Of a DNA stretch of 64,000 nucleotides, positions 7,714 through 16,025 are shown piece by piece. The notes under the pieces are model-generated. The model made no database searches. It worked only from the letters and a program-made list of their open reading frames with translations, and was not told the DNA's origin. Position 1 is the first letter of the stretch, and each line of letters begins with the position of its first letter. Source of the stretch: Verrucomicrobiota bacterium (GTDB lineage Bacteria > Verrucomicrobiota > Verrucomicrobiia > Limisphaerales > UBA9464); the NCBI GenBank assembly GCA_043755815.1, contig JAYUSF010000224.1:8924-72923 (forward strand). Direction: 5' to 3'. The translations under genes and the position numbers were made by a program.

Positions 7714-10352
7714 TGGCGACGGGAGCCAAGAGATTTTCTCGCCATGATCCAGACGGCAAAGGCACCAACCCCAAACAGCGCCCACGTTTCCGGTTCAGGA
7801 ACGATCGATGGCGTTGTCAGCGGGTCTACTGGCGTAAGGCCGGCCTGCGAGAACTGTGCCTTCGTTTCGAGCACCACGGCACCGCTAACCGGGGTTACGA
7901 GCTGCCACCGGCCGGCCAATTCCACCGCTTCGGCAACCTTTCGCTCGCGTCGGAGCCGCTCGATTTGGTCCAGCGCCCAGAGGCGGACGAGGTGCCGTGA
8001 TGCCTTGGGTGCGGAGCCGGGATCATTCCCAGTGCGCTCACGCTGCCACGCGAGGCGGGGAGCCGTGCCGTTGCGTTCACGCAGCAGCCGGACCAGATCG
8101 TCCGTCAGCGAACCGAGCCGAGGCACGGTGGCGTAACCGGCCACGGTGGCGAATTCCTTGGCCGCGCGGTTCGCTCCGCGGGTGGCCTGAAAATCCAGCA
8201 ACTGCGTGCCGTTGCCGCCGGTCCTTTCCAGACGCTGGGTGATGGCGTGGAAATCGCCCAGCAGCACGGGCTGTGGTCCATGAACCCACAGCACCGTGCC
8301 GCCGGGACGTTCGGCGGCCCAGTTCCACGCCGCCTCCAAGGCCGGCACCGGATCGTGCCCACCGGCGAACGAAGGCGCACGCCGCGCCAATCGATCCGCG
8401 ACGTCGACGAAGGAGCCGTCTTCAATTTTGGCCCCCTCAATCACGCCGTCGTGGGCGATCCAGATTCCTACGTCGCCCTGACCGCCGGCTTGCTTGAACG
8501 CCCCACGAACCGCGTCGAACCAAGCGCGTCCACCGCGGCCGCCGTCCAGCACGAGCGCGAGGCGGCCCGGAGTCTTTTCAGTGGTGGCGCCGAGCTGTTG
8601 GCGAACCCAGGCAGGCGTCGGCGCTCGCTCATCGCGCACCCACGCGCTGGCCGCGGCCGCACTCCGGCGCAGGTGAATCACCGGAAAGGCGTCCGCCACC
8701 TCGCGCTCGTTGACCGCGGCGTGCAGGGCGTTGGACCGGCTGGCGTCGAGGCTCCAGCCTGTGGGAGTGCTTACCGCCGGCTGTGGCGTTTCCAACCACG
8801 CATGATGCCGTAATTCCTCGCGGATGGCGAAGTTGCGTTCCGCGAAACGCAGCCAGACGAAGGCAACTTCATTCATCGCCAACGGCGCGAGCGGCGCGGT
8901 GATGCCAAGGCGGACCTTCATCGTGCCGCCCTGCGCCGGAACCGGGAAACACTGCATCAACACGCGGTCGGGGCCGGACGTGGTGACCAGAATCGGGTCA
9001 CGCCGCTGCACGACGGCGACCTGTTGATACGCGGCCCGCACCTCGCCGCGTCCGGCAAAGGCGGCTTCGCGTTCTTCGCCATCCACCCAGAGCGTGACGC
9101 GCGACACCGCACCGCCGGGCGGCAACTGAATCTCGGCCCGGGCTTCGCGCGGTTGACGTTCGTGATCGTTACGGAACTCGAGTGTCCATTCGGTATAGCT
9201 CCAGCCGTCGTCGGCATTGCCCATTGCGTCTAGCCGCGACGACAGCAGGGAGAGGCCCGAGACATGCCCGGCCACGGATTCACCGCCGACGGCGCTGTCC
9301 CACTCAAAGTCCCGGAGCACTTCGCGGCCGGCGCCCCGCAGCGGGCTGAGCGGCGGGCGCACGGCGTTGAAGGGCTGCCCGGTCACCCGGAAGTAGACTT
9401 CCTGCACCTGGGCCGCGGACAGCCATGGGCGGGAAAAGAATTCGTCCCAGACCTGGCGCGACTGCCCATAACAAGCCCGGAGCAACGCTTGGTCGTTGCC
9501 ATAAGCCCGCAGCCGCTGGATGGCCTGGGTCTTCCCAGCGTCCGAGCCGCTAACAGCCGTGTGGAGCCACTCCCGGGTCAGCGCATCCGGCAATGCAAGG
9601 GCAACCAGCAACAGCAGGCTCCCGGCCCAACCCCACCAGCGCAACCGGGGCGGCGCTGTCCCGGTAGCGGTCGCGCGTTTCCGCAGCGTCGCCCCGAGGA
9701 TCAGACCACAGATCCAGGCTGACAGCGGAGCCAGCGGCAGAAGTCCGATCCCGAAATAGACGATTCCCACAAACGCGAAGGGCGTGAAGGGCAGAAACAG
9801 CAAGGCGTAGGCGCCGGCCACGCCCAAAGCGGCGGATTGCAGCCACCAAAGCCAGCTCGGGGCGGCGCGAGGTGTGCGCCCCAGCCAGAGCAGTCCCACC
9901 GCATGCACCGCCGGCACCAAGGCGATCAGCAGGGCATGAACCGGAGTCGGCACGGGATCCATCAGGCCGGCGGCACACGCTTTGGACATCAGTTCGAAGA
10001 TCAGCGTGCCCACGGGTAGCAACACCCCGAAGAACCAGAGCAGAACCCGCCCCGCCGAGGAGAAGGCGGTCGGACGAGCAGTCGGCAGTTCCGGGATTGG
10101 TCGGACCGATTCGCCGGGCTGCCCTTCGGACGCCGGTTCCGCCAGGAGGTCCGGGTCCACCTTCGCGAGGATGCGGCGCACGTCCGCTTCGGTCACCACG
10201 GGGAGCCCCTGTGCCGCCGCCTCATTCTCCAGGTGCTGCCGCAGGTCGCCGATGACTTCGTCAGCCTCGGCGCCGGCGGCGGCAAAACGGGCCCGGTGGC
10301 GGTTGAGGTGCCCTTCGAGGACGGCACGGGCGCTGGGTGTCCATTCGTTCAT
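7710..10352 (-). CDS. multidomain membrane protein: DUF1700/HAAS-like N-terminal head, polytopic TM region, VIT-like and degenerate vWA-like ectodomain, PEP-CTERM sorting signal
   Basis: The N-terminus MNEWTPSARAVLEGHLNRHRARF...IGDLRQHLENE...VTEADVRRILAKV is followed by about 5 hydrophobic spans. VIT-like EWTLEFRNDHERQPREARAEIQLPPGGAVSRVTLWVDGEEREAAF. C-terminus VPEPETWALFGVGAFAVWIMARKSLGSRRQ. ATGA overlap with PadR upstream. Confidence 0.75.
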   Translation of the reverse strand: MNEWTPSARAVLEGHLNRHRARFAAAGAEADEVIGDLRQHLENEAAAQGLPVVTEADVRRILAKVDPDLLAEPASEGQPGESVRPIPELPTARPTAFSSAGRVLLWFFGVLLPVGTLIFELMSKACAAGLMDPVPTPVHALLIALVPAVHAVGLLWLGRTPRAAPSWLWWLQSAALGVAGAYALLFLPFTPFAFVGIVYFGIGLLPLAPLSAWICGLILGATLRKRATATGTAPPRLRWWGWAGSLLLLVALALPDALTREWLHTAVSGSDAGKTQAIQRLRAYGNDQALLRACYGQSRQVWDEFFSRPWLSAAQVQEVYFRVTGQPFNAVRPPLSPLRGAGREVLRDFEWDSAVGGESVAGHVSGLSLLSSRLDAMGNADDGWSYTEWTLEFRNDHERQPREARAEIQLPPGGAVSRVTLWVDGEEREAAFAGRGEVRAAYQQVAVVQRRDPILVTTSGPDRVLMQCFPVPAQGGTMKVRLGITAPLAPLAMNEVAFVWLRFAERNFAIREELRHHAWLETPQPAVSTPTGWSLDASRSNALHAAVNEREVADAFPVIHLRRSAAAASAWVRDERAPTPAWVRQQLGATTEKTPGRLALVLDGGRGGRAWFDAVRGAFKQAGGQGDVGIWIAHDGVIEGAKIEDGSFVDVADRLARRAPSFAGGHDPVPALEAAWNWAAERPGGTVLWVHGPQPVLLGDFHAITQRLERTGGNGTQLLDFQATRGANRAAKEFATVAGYATVPRLGSLTDDLVRLLRERNGTAPRLAWQRERTGNDPGSAPKASRHLVRLWALDQIERLRRERKVAEAVELAGRWQLVTPVSGAVVLETKAQFSQAGLTPVDPLTTPSIVPEPETWALFGVGAFAVWIMARKSLGSRRQ
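7713..7802 (-). other. PEP-CTERM sorting signal (exosortase recognition) of the 880-aa protein
   Basis: VPEP motif, then hydrophobic helix ETWALFGVGAFAVWIMA, then basic tail RKSLGSRRQ at the extreme C-terminus. Confidence 0.85.
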
Positions 10353-10687
10353 GGTTTGCCTCCGACCTGTGCGGTGCTGCGGTTCAGGGTTTCGAGAAAC
10401 GTGTTCATCGTCTTCAAGGTCCGGCGCCCCTCGGGCGTCAGGCTGTAGTATTTGCGGGCGGGACCGGTGGCGGACTCTTCAAGGCGGGTGTTGACCAGGC
10501 CGGAAAGGCGCAGGCGCGACAGCAGCGGGTAGAGCGTTCCTTCGGTGAGCCCCATGCCAGGGACTTCCGACAGCTCCTTGACCAGCTCATAGCCGTAACG
10601 CTCCCGGGTTGCGAGCGTGCGCAGGATGCACAGTTCGATGACCCCCTTGCGGACCTGCACGACCCAGTTGTCGAAGAAATCTGACAC
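10349..10687 (-). CDS. PadR family transcriptional regulator
   Basis: wHTH core LCILRTLATRERYGYELVKELSEVPGMGLTEGTLYPLLSRLRLSGLV...KYYSLTPEG. GTG at 10687 gives a typical ~112-aa PadR; the longer track ORF has an implausible Pro/Arg-rich extension. Confidence 0.88.
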   Translation of the reverse strand: MSDFFDNWVVQVRKGVIELCILRTLATRERYGYELVKELSEVPGMGLTEGTLYPLLSRLRLSGLVNTRLEESATGPARKYYSLTPEGRRTLKTMNTFLETLNRSTAQVGGKP

Positions 10688-11013
10688 AGGCTTGGGCGTG
10701 GTTGCTAGGCGGCCTCCGGCCGGGCGCGGATGGCCCGGCCGCCGACATTTGGAAACAGGACTGACTTCATGAATGGGCCTGGCTGACGGAACGTTTGGCC
10801 CCGGCGGAGGGCGAACGAACGAAAGGAACCGCCGCGGATTCACCCGCTTCGAACTGACTACTATGTGACACAAGGTAGCTTGTCGTGCAAGCGATCAGTT
10901 GGCCAGACTGCCGTCAGGGCGGCGGGTTCAAATTAACCGCGGTCAAAGTGGGCGATCCAACCCGGCGAGCCGGGGTTGGACTTCGGGGGGCGGGCGGCCA
11001 TACTCCGCGGCCA

Positions 11014-11931
11014 GTGCACTATCCGGTCACCGAGCTGACGCAGGCCCTCTTGGCGTCGTTTCGCCGTCACGGGGGGATCAACCACCTCGACGGCGCGAAT
11101 CTGCCCGCCAAGGCGGCGGTGGCCGAGATCACCCAGGATTTGCTCCGGTTGATCTTCCCCGGCTTTTTCGACGACCGCATCGTCCATTCGTCCGAACTGC
11201 AGGCGGAAACCGCCCTGCGGCTCGACTCGATTGCCGGCCGGCTGGAAGACGAAATCTACAAGAGCCTGCGCTGCGCCGGAGGATGTTCGGACGGCGAACG
11301 CGATCCGCGCCGGATCGCCCACACGGTGACTACCGAGTTCCTGCGCCAGTTGCCGGCCGTGAGGGAGCTGTTGCAGACCGATGTCGAAGCGGCGTTTCAG
11401 GGCGACCCGGCGGCCTTGAGCCGGGACGAGGTGATCGTGGCCTATCCGTTCATCGAGGCGATCTCGGTGCACCGGCTCGCGCACGAACTCTTTCTTCGAA
11501 AGATCCCGCTGCTCCCGCGCATCATGAGCGAGTGGGCCCACGCGCGCACGGGCATGGACATCCATCCGGGAGCCCGGATCGGCACCCATTTCTTCGTGGA
11601 CCACTGCACGGGCACGGTGATCGGCGAGACGGTCATCATCGGGAACCATGTGAAGCTTTACCAAGGCGTCGGCCTGGTGGCGCGCTCGCTGGCCGCCGGC
11701 CAGGCGTTACGGGGACAGAAGCGGCATCCCACCCTGGAGGACGGAGTCACGATCTACGCCAACGCGACGATCGTGGGCGGGGACACCGTGATCGGGGCCG
11801 GCAGCACAATCGGCGCGAGCGTGTTCCTCATGCACGGCGTGCCGCCGCACAGCCTCGTGCTGATGGATGACGTGAAGCTCAAGGTCGTGCCCAAGGCCGA
11901 CCGGAACCAGGTCATCGACTTCCAAATCTGA
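11014..11931 (+). CDS. cysE: serine O-acetyltransferase family protein (hexapeptide-repeat, long form)
   Basis: DPAALSRDEVIVAYPFIEAISVHRLAHEL...TGMDIHPGARIGTHFFVDHCTGTVIGETVIIGNHVKLYQGVGL. The start is uncertain (GTG 11014 preferred, GTG 10885 possible). Confidence 0.8.
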   Translation: MHYPVTELTQALLASFRRHGGINHLDGANLPAKAAVAEITQDLLRLIFPGFFDDRIVHSSELQAETALRLDSIAGRLEDEIYKSLRCAGGCSDGERDPRRIAHTVTTEFLRQLPAVRELLQTDVEAAFQGDPAALSRDEVIVAYPFIEAISVHRLAHELFLRKIPLLPRIMSEWAHARTGMDIHPGARIGTHFFVDHCTGTVIGETVIIGNHVKLYQGVGLVARSLAAGQALRGQKRHPTLEDGVTIYANATIVGGDTVIGAGSTIGASVFLMHGVPPHSLVLMDDVKLKVVPKADRNQVIDFQI

Positions 11932-12449
11932 TGCTGCTGCGCGACGCCAAGCCGGGCGATGCCGAGATCATCGCCGAGTTCAACGCCCGCCTCGCGCAGG
12001 AAACGGAGGGACGCAGTCTGGACCGCACCGTCCTCGTTGCCGGCGTCCGGGCCCTGCTGGCCGACCCGGCCAAGGGCCGCTACTTCGTGGCCGAGCAGGC
12101 CGGCCTCGTCATCGGACAGGTGATGGTCACCTACGAATGGAGTGACTGGCGCAACGGGATGTTCTGGTGGCTGCAAAGCGTCTACGTCGTCGACGACGCC
12201 CGCGGCCAGGGGATTTTCCGCGCCCTGTTTGAGCACGTGGAACGGCTGGCCGGTCAGGAATCCGGCGTGTGCGGAATCCGGCTTTACGTGGAGCGGGAGA
12301 ACGAACGGGCGAAGGGCGCCTACCTGCGGCTGGGCATGATGAACGCCGGCTACGAGGTGTTCGAGTCCGTGTTCGCCGCGCCGGCACCCGGCGCGATGCC
12401 GGACGACGAACGGGAGATTCCTTACCGAAGCGCTGCAATCGGATCATGA
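11931..12449 (+). CDS. GNAT family N-acetyltransferase
   Basis: 172 aa. Acetyl-CoA-binding-type block VYVVDDARGQGIFRALFEHVERLA. The ATG overlaps the cysE-like stop (ATCTGATG). Confidence 0.8.
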   Translation: MLLRDAKPGDAEIIAEFNARLAQETEGRSLDRTVLVAGVRALLADPAKGRYFVAEQAGLVIGQVMVTYEWSDWRNGMFWWLQSVYVVDDARGQGIFRALFEHVERLAGQESGVCGIRLYVERENERAKGAYLRLGMMNAGYEVFESVFAAPAPGAMPDDEREIPYRSAAIGS

Positions 12450-13393
12450 ACAACCTGCGACAATTCATGGGCAGTCTGCCTCACAAGGGCTGGCTGGGAG
12501 TCCTGCTGGTGAGCTGGGTGGCGCTGTTCCATCTGCTCGGCAATTCGAGCTTTGGTTACGTGAACACCGAATCCGCCTTCGTCTGGCTTTACCGTTGGTA
12601 TCAGTTGCCGACGATCGGGGAGTCCGGCGACGAGCTCTGCCCGCTGGTGCCAGCCGTGGTGGGCGTGTTGCTCTACCTCCGCCGGGCACAGATCCAGGCG
12701 GCGGTGAAGCAGCCGTGGTTTCCAGGAGTGTTCCTGCTGACGCTGGGACTGGCCTTGCATGTGTTTGGCTACCTCGCCCAGCAGGTCCGGCTCTCCCTGG
12801 TGGGTTTCATCATCGGCAGCGGCGGACTGATCGCCGGGCTCTGGGGGCGGGAGCTGCTGAAAGTGGTCGCCGGCCCGATCCTCTTCCTGATCTTTGCCAT
12901 CCCGATGGCGGCCTACACGGACGGGCTCACCTTTCACCTGCGGCTGATCGTCACCAAGCTGGCGGTCGGGGTTTGCCAGACCTTGCTGGCCATGCCCATC
13001 GAGCAGGCGGGCACGACGGTCAGCCGGCTGCCGACCGCCCTCTCGGCCGGGTTCAAATTTGACGTCGCACCGGCTTGCAGCGGGATCCGCAGCATGCTGG
13101 CCGTGCTGTTCGTCACCACGGTGTTTGTGCATCTCAACCGGCGGCGGTGGTGGCACAGCCTGCTCCTGCTGGCGGCCGCCACTCCGCTCGCGCTGGTCGG
13201 CAACACGATCCGGTTGGTGTTCGTCTTTTTGATGGGAGACGCGTTGGGCGAGGAGGTGGGCAAGGCGGTGGAGACCAAGTTCGGCTTCATCACCTACGCC
13301 GCGGCCCTGATCGGGATTCTCGTGATTGACCGGCTCATCCTGCGACGGAGACCACCCGCCACCGCCGCCGAAGGAACGCCCGCCACCGCATGA
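12446..13393 (+). CDS. exosortase (EpsH/Xrt family), stand-alone form
   Basis: Polytopic. Catalytic-Cys block FDVAPACSGIRSM and Arg block LVGNTIRLV. Start MNNLRQFMGSL at ATG 12446 overlaps the GNAT stop (ATGA). Confidence 0.88.
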   Translation: MNNLRQFMGSLPHKGWLGVLLVSWVALFHLLGNSSFGYVNTESAFVWLYRWYQLPTIGESGDELCPLVPAVVGVLLYLRRAQIQAAVKQPWFPGVFLLTLGLALHVFGYLAQQVRLSLVGFIIGSGGLIAGLWGRELLKVVAGPILFLIFAIPMAAYTDGLTFHLRLIVTKLAVGVCQTLLAMPIEQAGTTVSRLPTALSAGFKFDVAPACSGIRSMLAVLFVTTVFVHLNRRRWWHSLLLLAAATPLALVGNTIRLVFVFLMGDALGEEVGKAVETKFGFITYAAALIGILVIDRLILRRRPPATAAEGTPATA

Positions 13394-14151
13394 ACCGAAA
13401 CGCCTTACGGGTCGCTGTCCTTTCGTTGGCCCTGATCGGGGCCGGTTTTGCGCTGTTGAACCGGCTTCGCAGCCATCAGGCCCTGGGCCGGCCGGCGGTG
13501 GTTGTGGTGCCAGGAGTGCTGGCGCCAACGACCAACAATGCCGTGCGAACCAACGCAGTGGTGATGCCCGAACGCCTGGCCGGATTCGACAGCGTGCCGG
13601 GTGAAATCACCGCGATGGAACTGGACTTCCTGCCTCCCGACACCTCGTTCGGGCGTCGCATCTACCAGGCCGCCGAAGGCAATCTCTATGTGCAGGCCAA
13701 CGTGGTCCTGATGGGCAGCGACCGCACCAGCATCCACCAGCCGGACTTCTGCCTCACTGGCGTCGGTTGGAACATCCAGCGAAAACGCGCCGCTGAAATC
13801 ACCCTGGAAACAACTCTCCGGCGCAACCTGACGGTGAGCCGCTACGACGCCAGCAAGCTGGTGCGGCTCCCGGACGGGCGCGTGGTCCAGGCCGCCGGCA
13901 TCTATGTCTTCTGGTTCGTCGCCGACGGAGTGGAAACCGCCAACGTCTGGCACCGGACGCTGGCCACGATGCAAAGCGTGCTGCTCAAGAACACGCTCCC
14001 GCGGTGGGGATATCTCTCCTTCTTCGCCCAGTGCCCGCCCGGGCAGGAGGACGTGACCTTCGACCGGATGGCCCGGCTGATCGCCGCCTATGCGCCGCAG
14101 GTGATGCGCCAGCCCGATCCCGCTTCCACCGCGGCCGTCCAGACCCGATAG
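13390..14151 (+). CDS. exosortase-associated EpsI family protein (DUF3485-like)
   Basis: N-terminal anchor LRVAVLSLALIGAGFALL. Signature GSDRTSIHQPDFCLTGVGW. ATGA overlap with the preceding exosortase. Confidence 0.85.
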   Translation: MNRNALRVAVLSLALIGAGFALLNRLRSHQALGRPAVVVVPGVLAPTTNNAVRTNAVVMPERLAGFDSVPGEITAMELDFLPPDTSFGRRIYQAAEGNLYVQANVVLMGSDRTSIHQPDFCLTGVGWNIQRKRAAEITLETTLRRNLTVSRYDASKLVRLPDGRVVQAAGIYVFWFVADGVETANVWHRTLATMQSVLLKNTLPRWGYLSFFAQCPPGQEDVTFDRMARLIAAYAPQVMRQPDPASTAAVQTR

Positions 14152-14152
14152 G

Positions 14153-15823
14153 ATGAACTCCCGCTTCCCCAATTGGCCGGTGCTCGCGGCCCTGCTGACC
14201 GCTTGGACCGCCCTGTTTCATTTCCAGGGAAATTCCTCCTTCGGATACATCGACACGCGGTCGCTGTTCGTCTGGCTGAACGCCCTCTATGGCGCCAACT
14301 CCGACGACGCCCTGGGCTGGGTGGTCGTGCCCCTGATCGCTCTCCTCATCTGGACGCGGCGTGATGAATTCGCGCGCGTGCCCAAGCAGCCGTCACTGCT
14401 CCCGCTGGGCCTGTTCACGCTGGCCGCCATCTTCCATCTCGCCGGCTCCCTGCTGCAACAGGCCCGGCTGTCGGTGGTCGGTTTCGGCCTGGGACTCTAT
14501 GCCCTGACGGGCCTCGTTTGGGGCACCGCCTGGTTGCGTGCCGCCGCCTTTCCGTTTTCCCTGCTGGCATTCTGCATCCCGCTGACCGCCTACACGGACG
14601 GACTGACGCTGCCCCTGCGGCTGATCGCCACCCGGCTCTCCACGGACTTCTGCAATGGCATCCTGGGGCTCCACCTGATCCGGGAGGGCACACTGGTCTT
14701 TGATACGCTGCCCTCCGGCCAGAAGGGATTCGAGTTCGACGTGGCTCCCGCCTGTTCCGGCATCCGCAGCCTGACCGTGGTGCTCCTGCTCACGTTGACC
14801 TTCGGCTACCTGCAGTTGGACCGCTGGTGGCGCCGGGGCGTCTTGCTGCTTTCCGCCATCCCGCTCGCCGTGCTCGGCAACGTGGCGCGTCTGGTCACGG
14901 TCTTCGCGGTCGGTTCCCGTTATGGTCAGGAGGCCGGCGCCCGGATCGAGACGAATCTGGGCTTTGTGACCCTGCTGGTGGCGCTCGGGGGAGTGATGCT
15001 GATCTCCCGGTGGCTGAGCGATCCCATCACGGAGGCGGCGCCACCGGCGCCCGAACCCCTTCGGGTAAAGCCGGCATCCTTGGGCGTCTGTCTCGCTGCG
15101 GTGGCGCTCGTTTTCGGGTTGATTGCCTGGGGCGGCAGCGCGCTCGCCGCCCGGCAACGGTTGGGCGCTCCCGGGGTGCGGCTGAGCCGGATGCCCCTCT
15201 TCGGGGAAGACGGAGGCATCGCCCGGACCAATTCGGTTTACCTGCCGACGATGGTGCCCGGATACACTTTCGAGAGCGGCAAGATCAGTCCGACCGAACT
15301 GCATTCGTTGCCGGCCGACACCACGTTTGGCCGGGCCATCTACACCGGCAGCGATGGGTTCACGGCCCAGGCCACCGCCGTGCTGATGGGGGGCGATCGC
15401 ACCAGCATCCATCGTCCCGAATACTGCCTGACCGGTCAGGGCTGGCGCATCCGTTCCAAGCAGGAGGTTACGCTGGCCAACCCGGACGGTTCCAGCTCTG
15501 GCCGCACCGTTCAGCGTTTCGATGGCGGCATGGTCAGTTCACTGGAAGGTCGGCGCCAGGAGTTGGCGGGCGTTTACGTCTTTTGGTTTGTTGCCGACGG
15601 CCAGCGCTCAGCCAGCCACTGGGAGCGCCAGTGGTGGATGATCCGGGACCTCGTCACCAAAGGGGTGCTCCAGCGTTGGGCTTACATTTCTTTCTTTGCT
15701 CCGTGCCCGCCGGGACGGGAAGACGAAGCCTTCCGCCGGGTCGCCCAACTGATCGGCGAAATCGCTCCGGCCATTGAGGTCTCCAAGGGTGCCCTTGCCG
15801 GCGGTCAGACCTTCCGGCCCTAA
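14153..15823 (+). CDS. exosortase fused to a C-terminal EpsI domain (paralog of 12446-14151)
   Basis: The N-terminal half parallels the first exosortase (FHFQGNSSFGYIDT, FDVAPACSGIRSL, LGNVARLV). The C-terminal half parallels EpsI (GGDRTSIHRPEYCLTGQGW, VYVFWFVADG, WAYISFFAPCPPGREDEAF). Confidence 0.88.
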   Translation: MNSRFPNWPVLAALLTAWTALFHFQGNSSFGYIDTRSLFVWLNALYGANSDDALGWVVVPLIALLIWTRRDEFARVPKQPSLLPLGLFTLAAIFHLAGSLLQQARLSVVGFGLGLYALTGLVWGTAWLRAAAFPFSLLAFCIPLTAYTDGLTLPLRLIATRLSTDFCNGILGLHLIREGTLVFDTLPSGQKGFEFDVAPACSGIRSLTVVLLLTLTFGYLQLDRWWRRGVLLLSAIPLAVLGNVARLVTVFAVGSRYGQEAGARIETNLGFVTLLVALGGVMLISRWLSDPITEAAPPAPEPLRVKPASLGVCLAAVALVFGLIAWGGSALAARQRLGAPGVRLSRMPLFGEDGGIARTNSVYLPTMVPGYTFESGKISPTELHSLPADTTFGRAIYTGSDGFTAQATAVLMGGDRTSIHRPEYCLTGQGWRIRSKQEVTLANPDGSSSGRTVQRFDGGMVSSLEGRRQELAGVYVFWFVADGQRSASHWERQWWMIRDLVTKGVLQRWAYISFFAPCPPGREDEAFRRVAQLIGEIAPAIEVSKGALAGGQTFRP

Positions 15824-16025
15824 CCGCAGTCCTAAACTGAATGTCCATCCAAGCCCGCAAACCCCACCGACCCAACCGAGCGGGGCGACGCGGAAACTTC
15901 AGCCCTTGCAGATGAACTGCACATTCTCGAATTCGGTTCAGGCCGACCGGCCGAGTCTTCACAGCCGGGCTGCGGTTTTCTCGCTTAACAGCTCCCGGCC
16001 AGCCGCCTAAGACTTCCAACACACG

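Noticed and set aside
10899-11870. 323-aa alternative-frame ORF overlapping the cysE-like gene on the same strand.
   Set aside because: The product is Arg/Pro/Gly-rich and has low complexity, whereas the other frame carries an unambiguous hexapeptide acetyltransferase signature.
12269-12445. N-terminal extension of the exosortase ORF (the track start at 12269), overlapping the GNAT gene.
   Set aside because: The extension is Arg-rich and non-membrane. The ATG at 12446 gives a typical exosortase N-terminus and an ATGA coupling with the GNAT stop. The same logic was used to trim the PadR, rpsP, miaB, polX, DUF1015, DUF1559, PEP-CTERM, LysE and 40590 ORFs.
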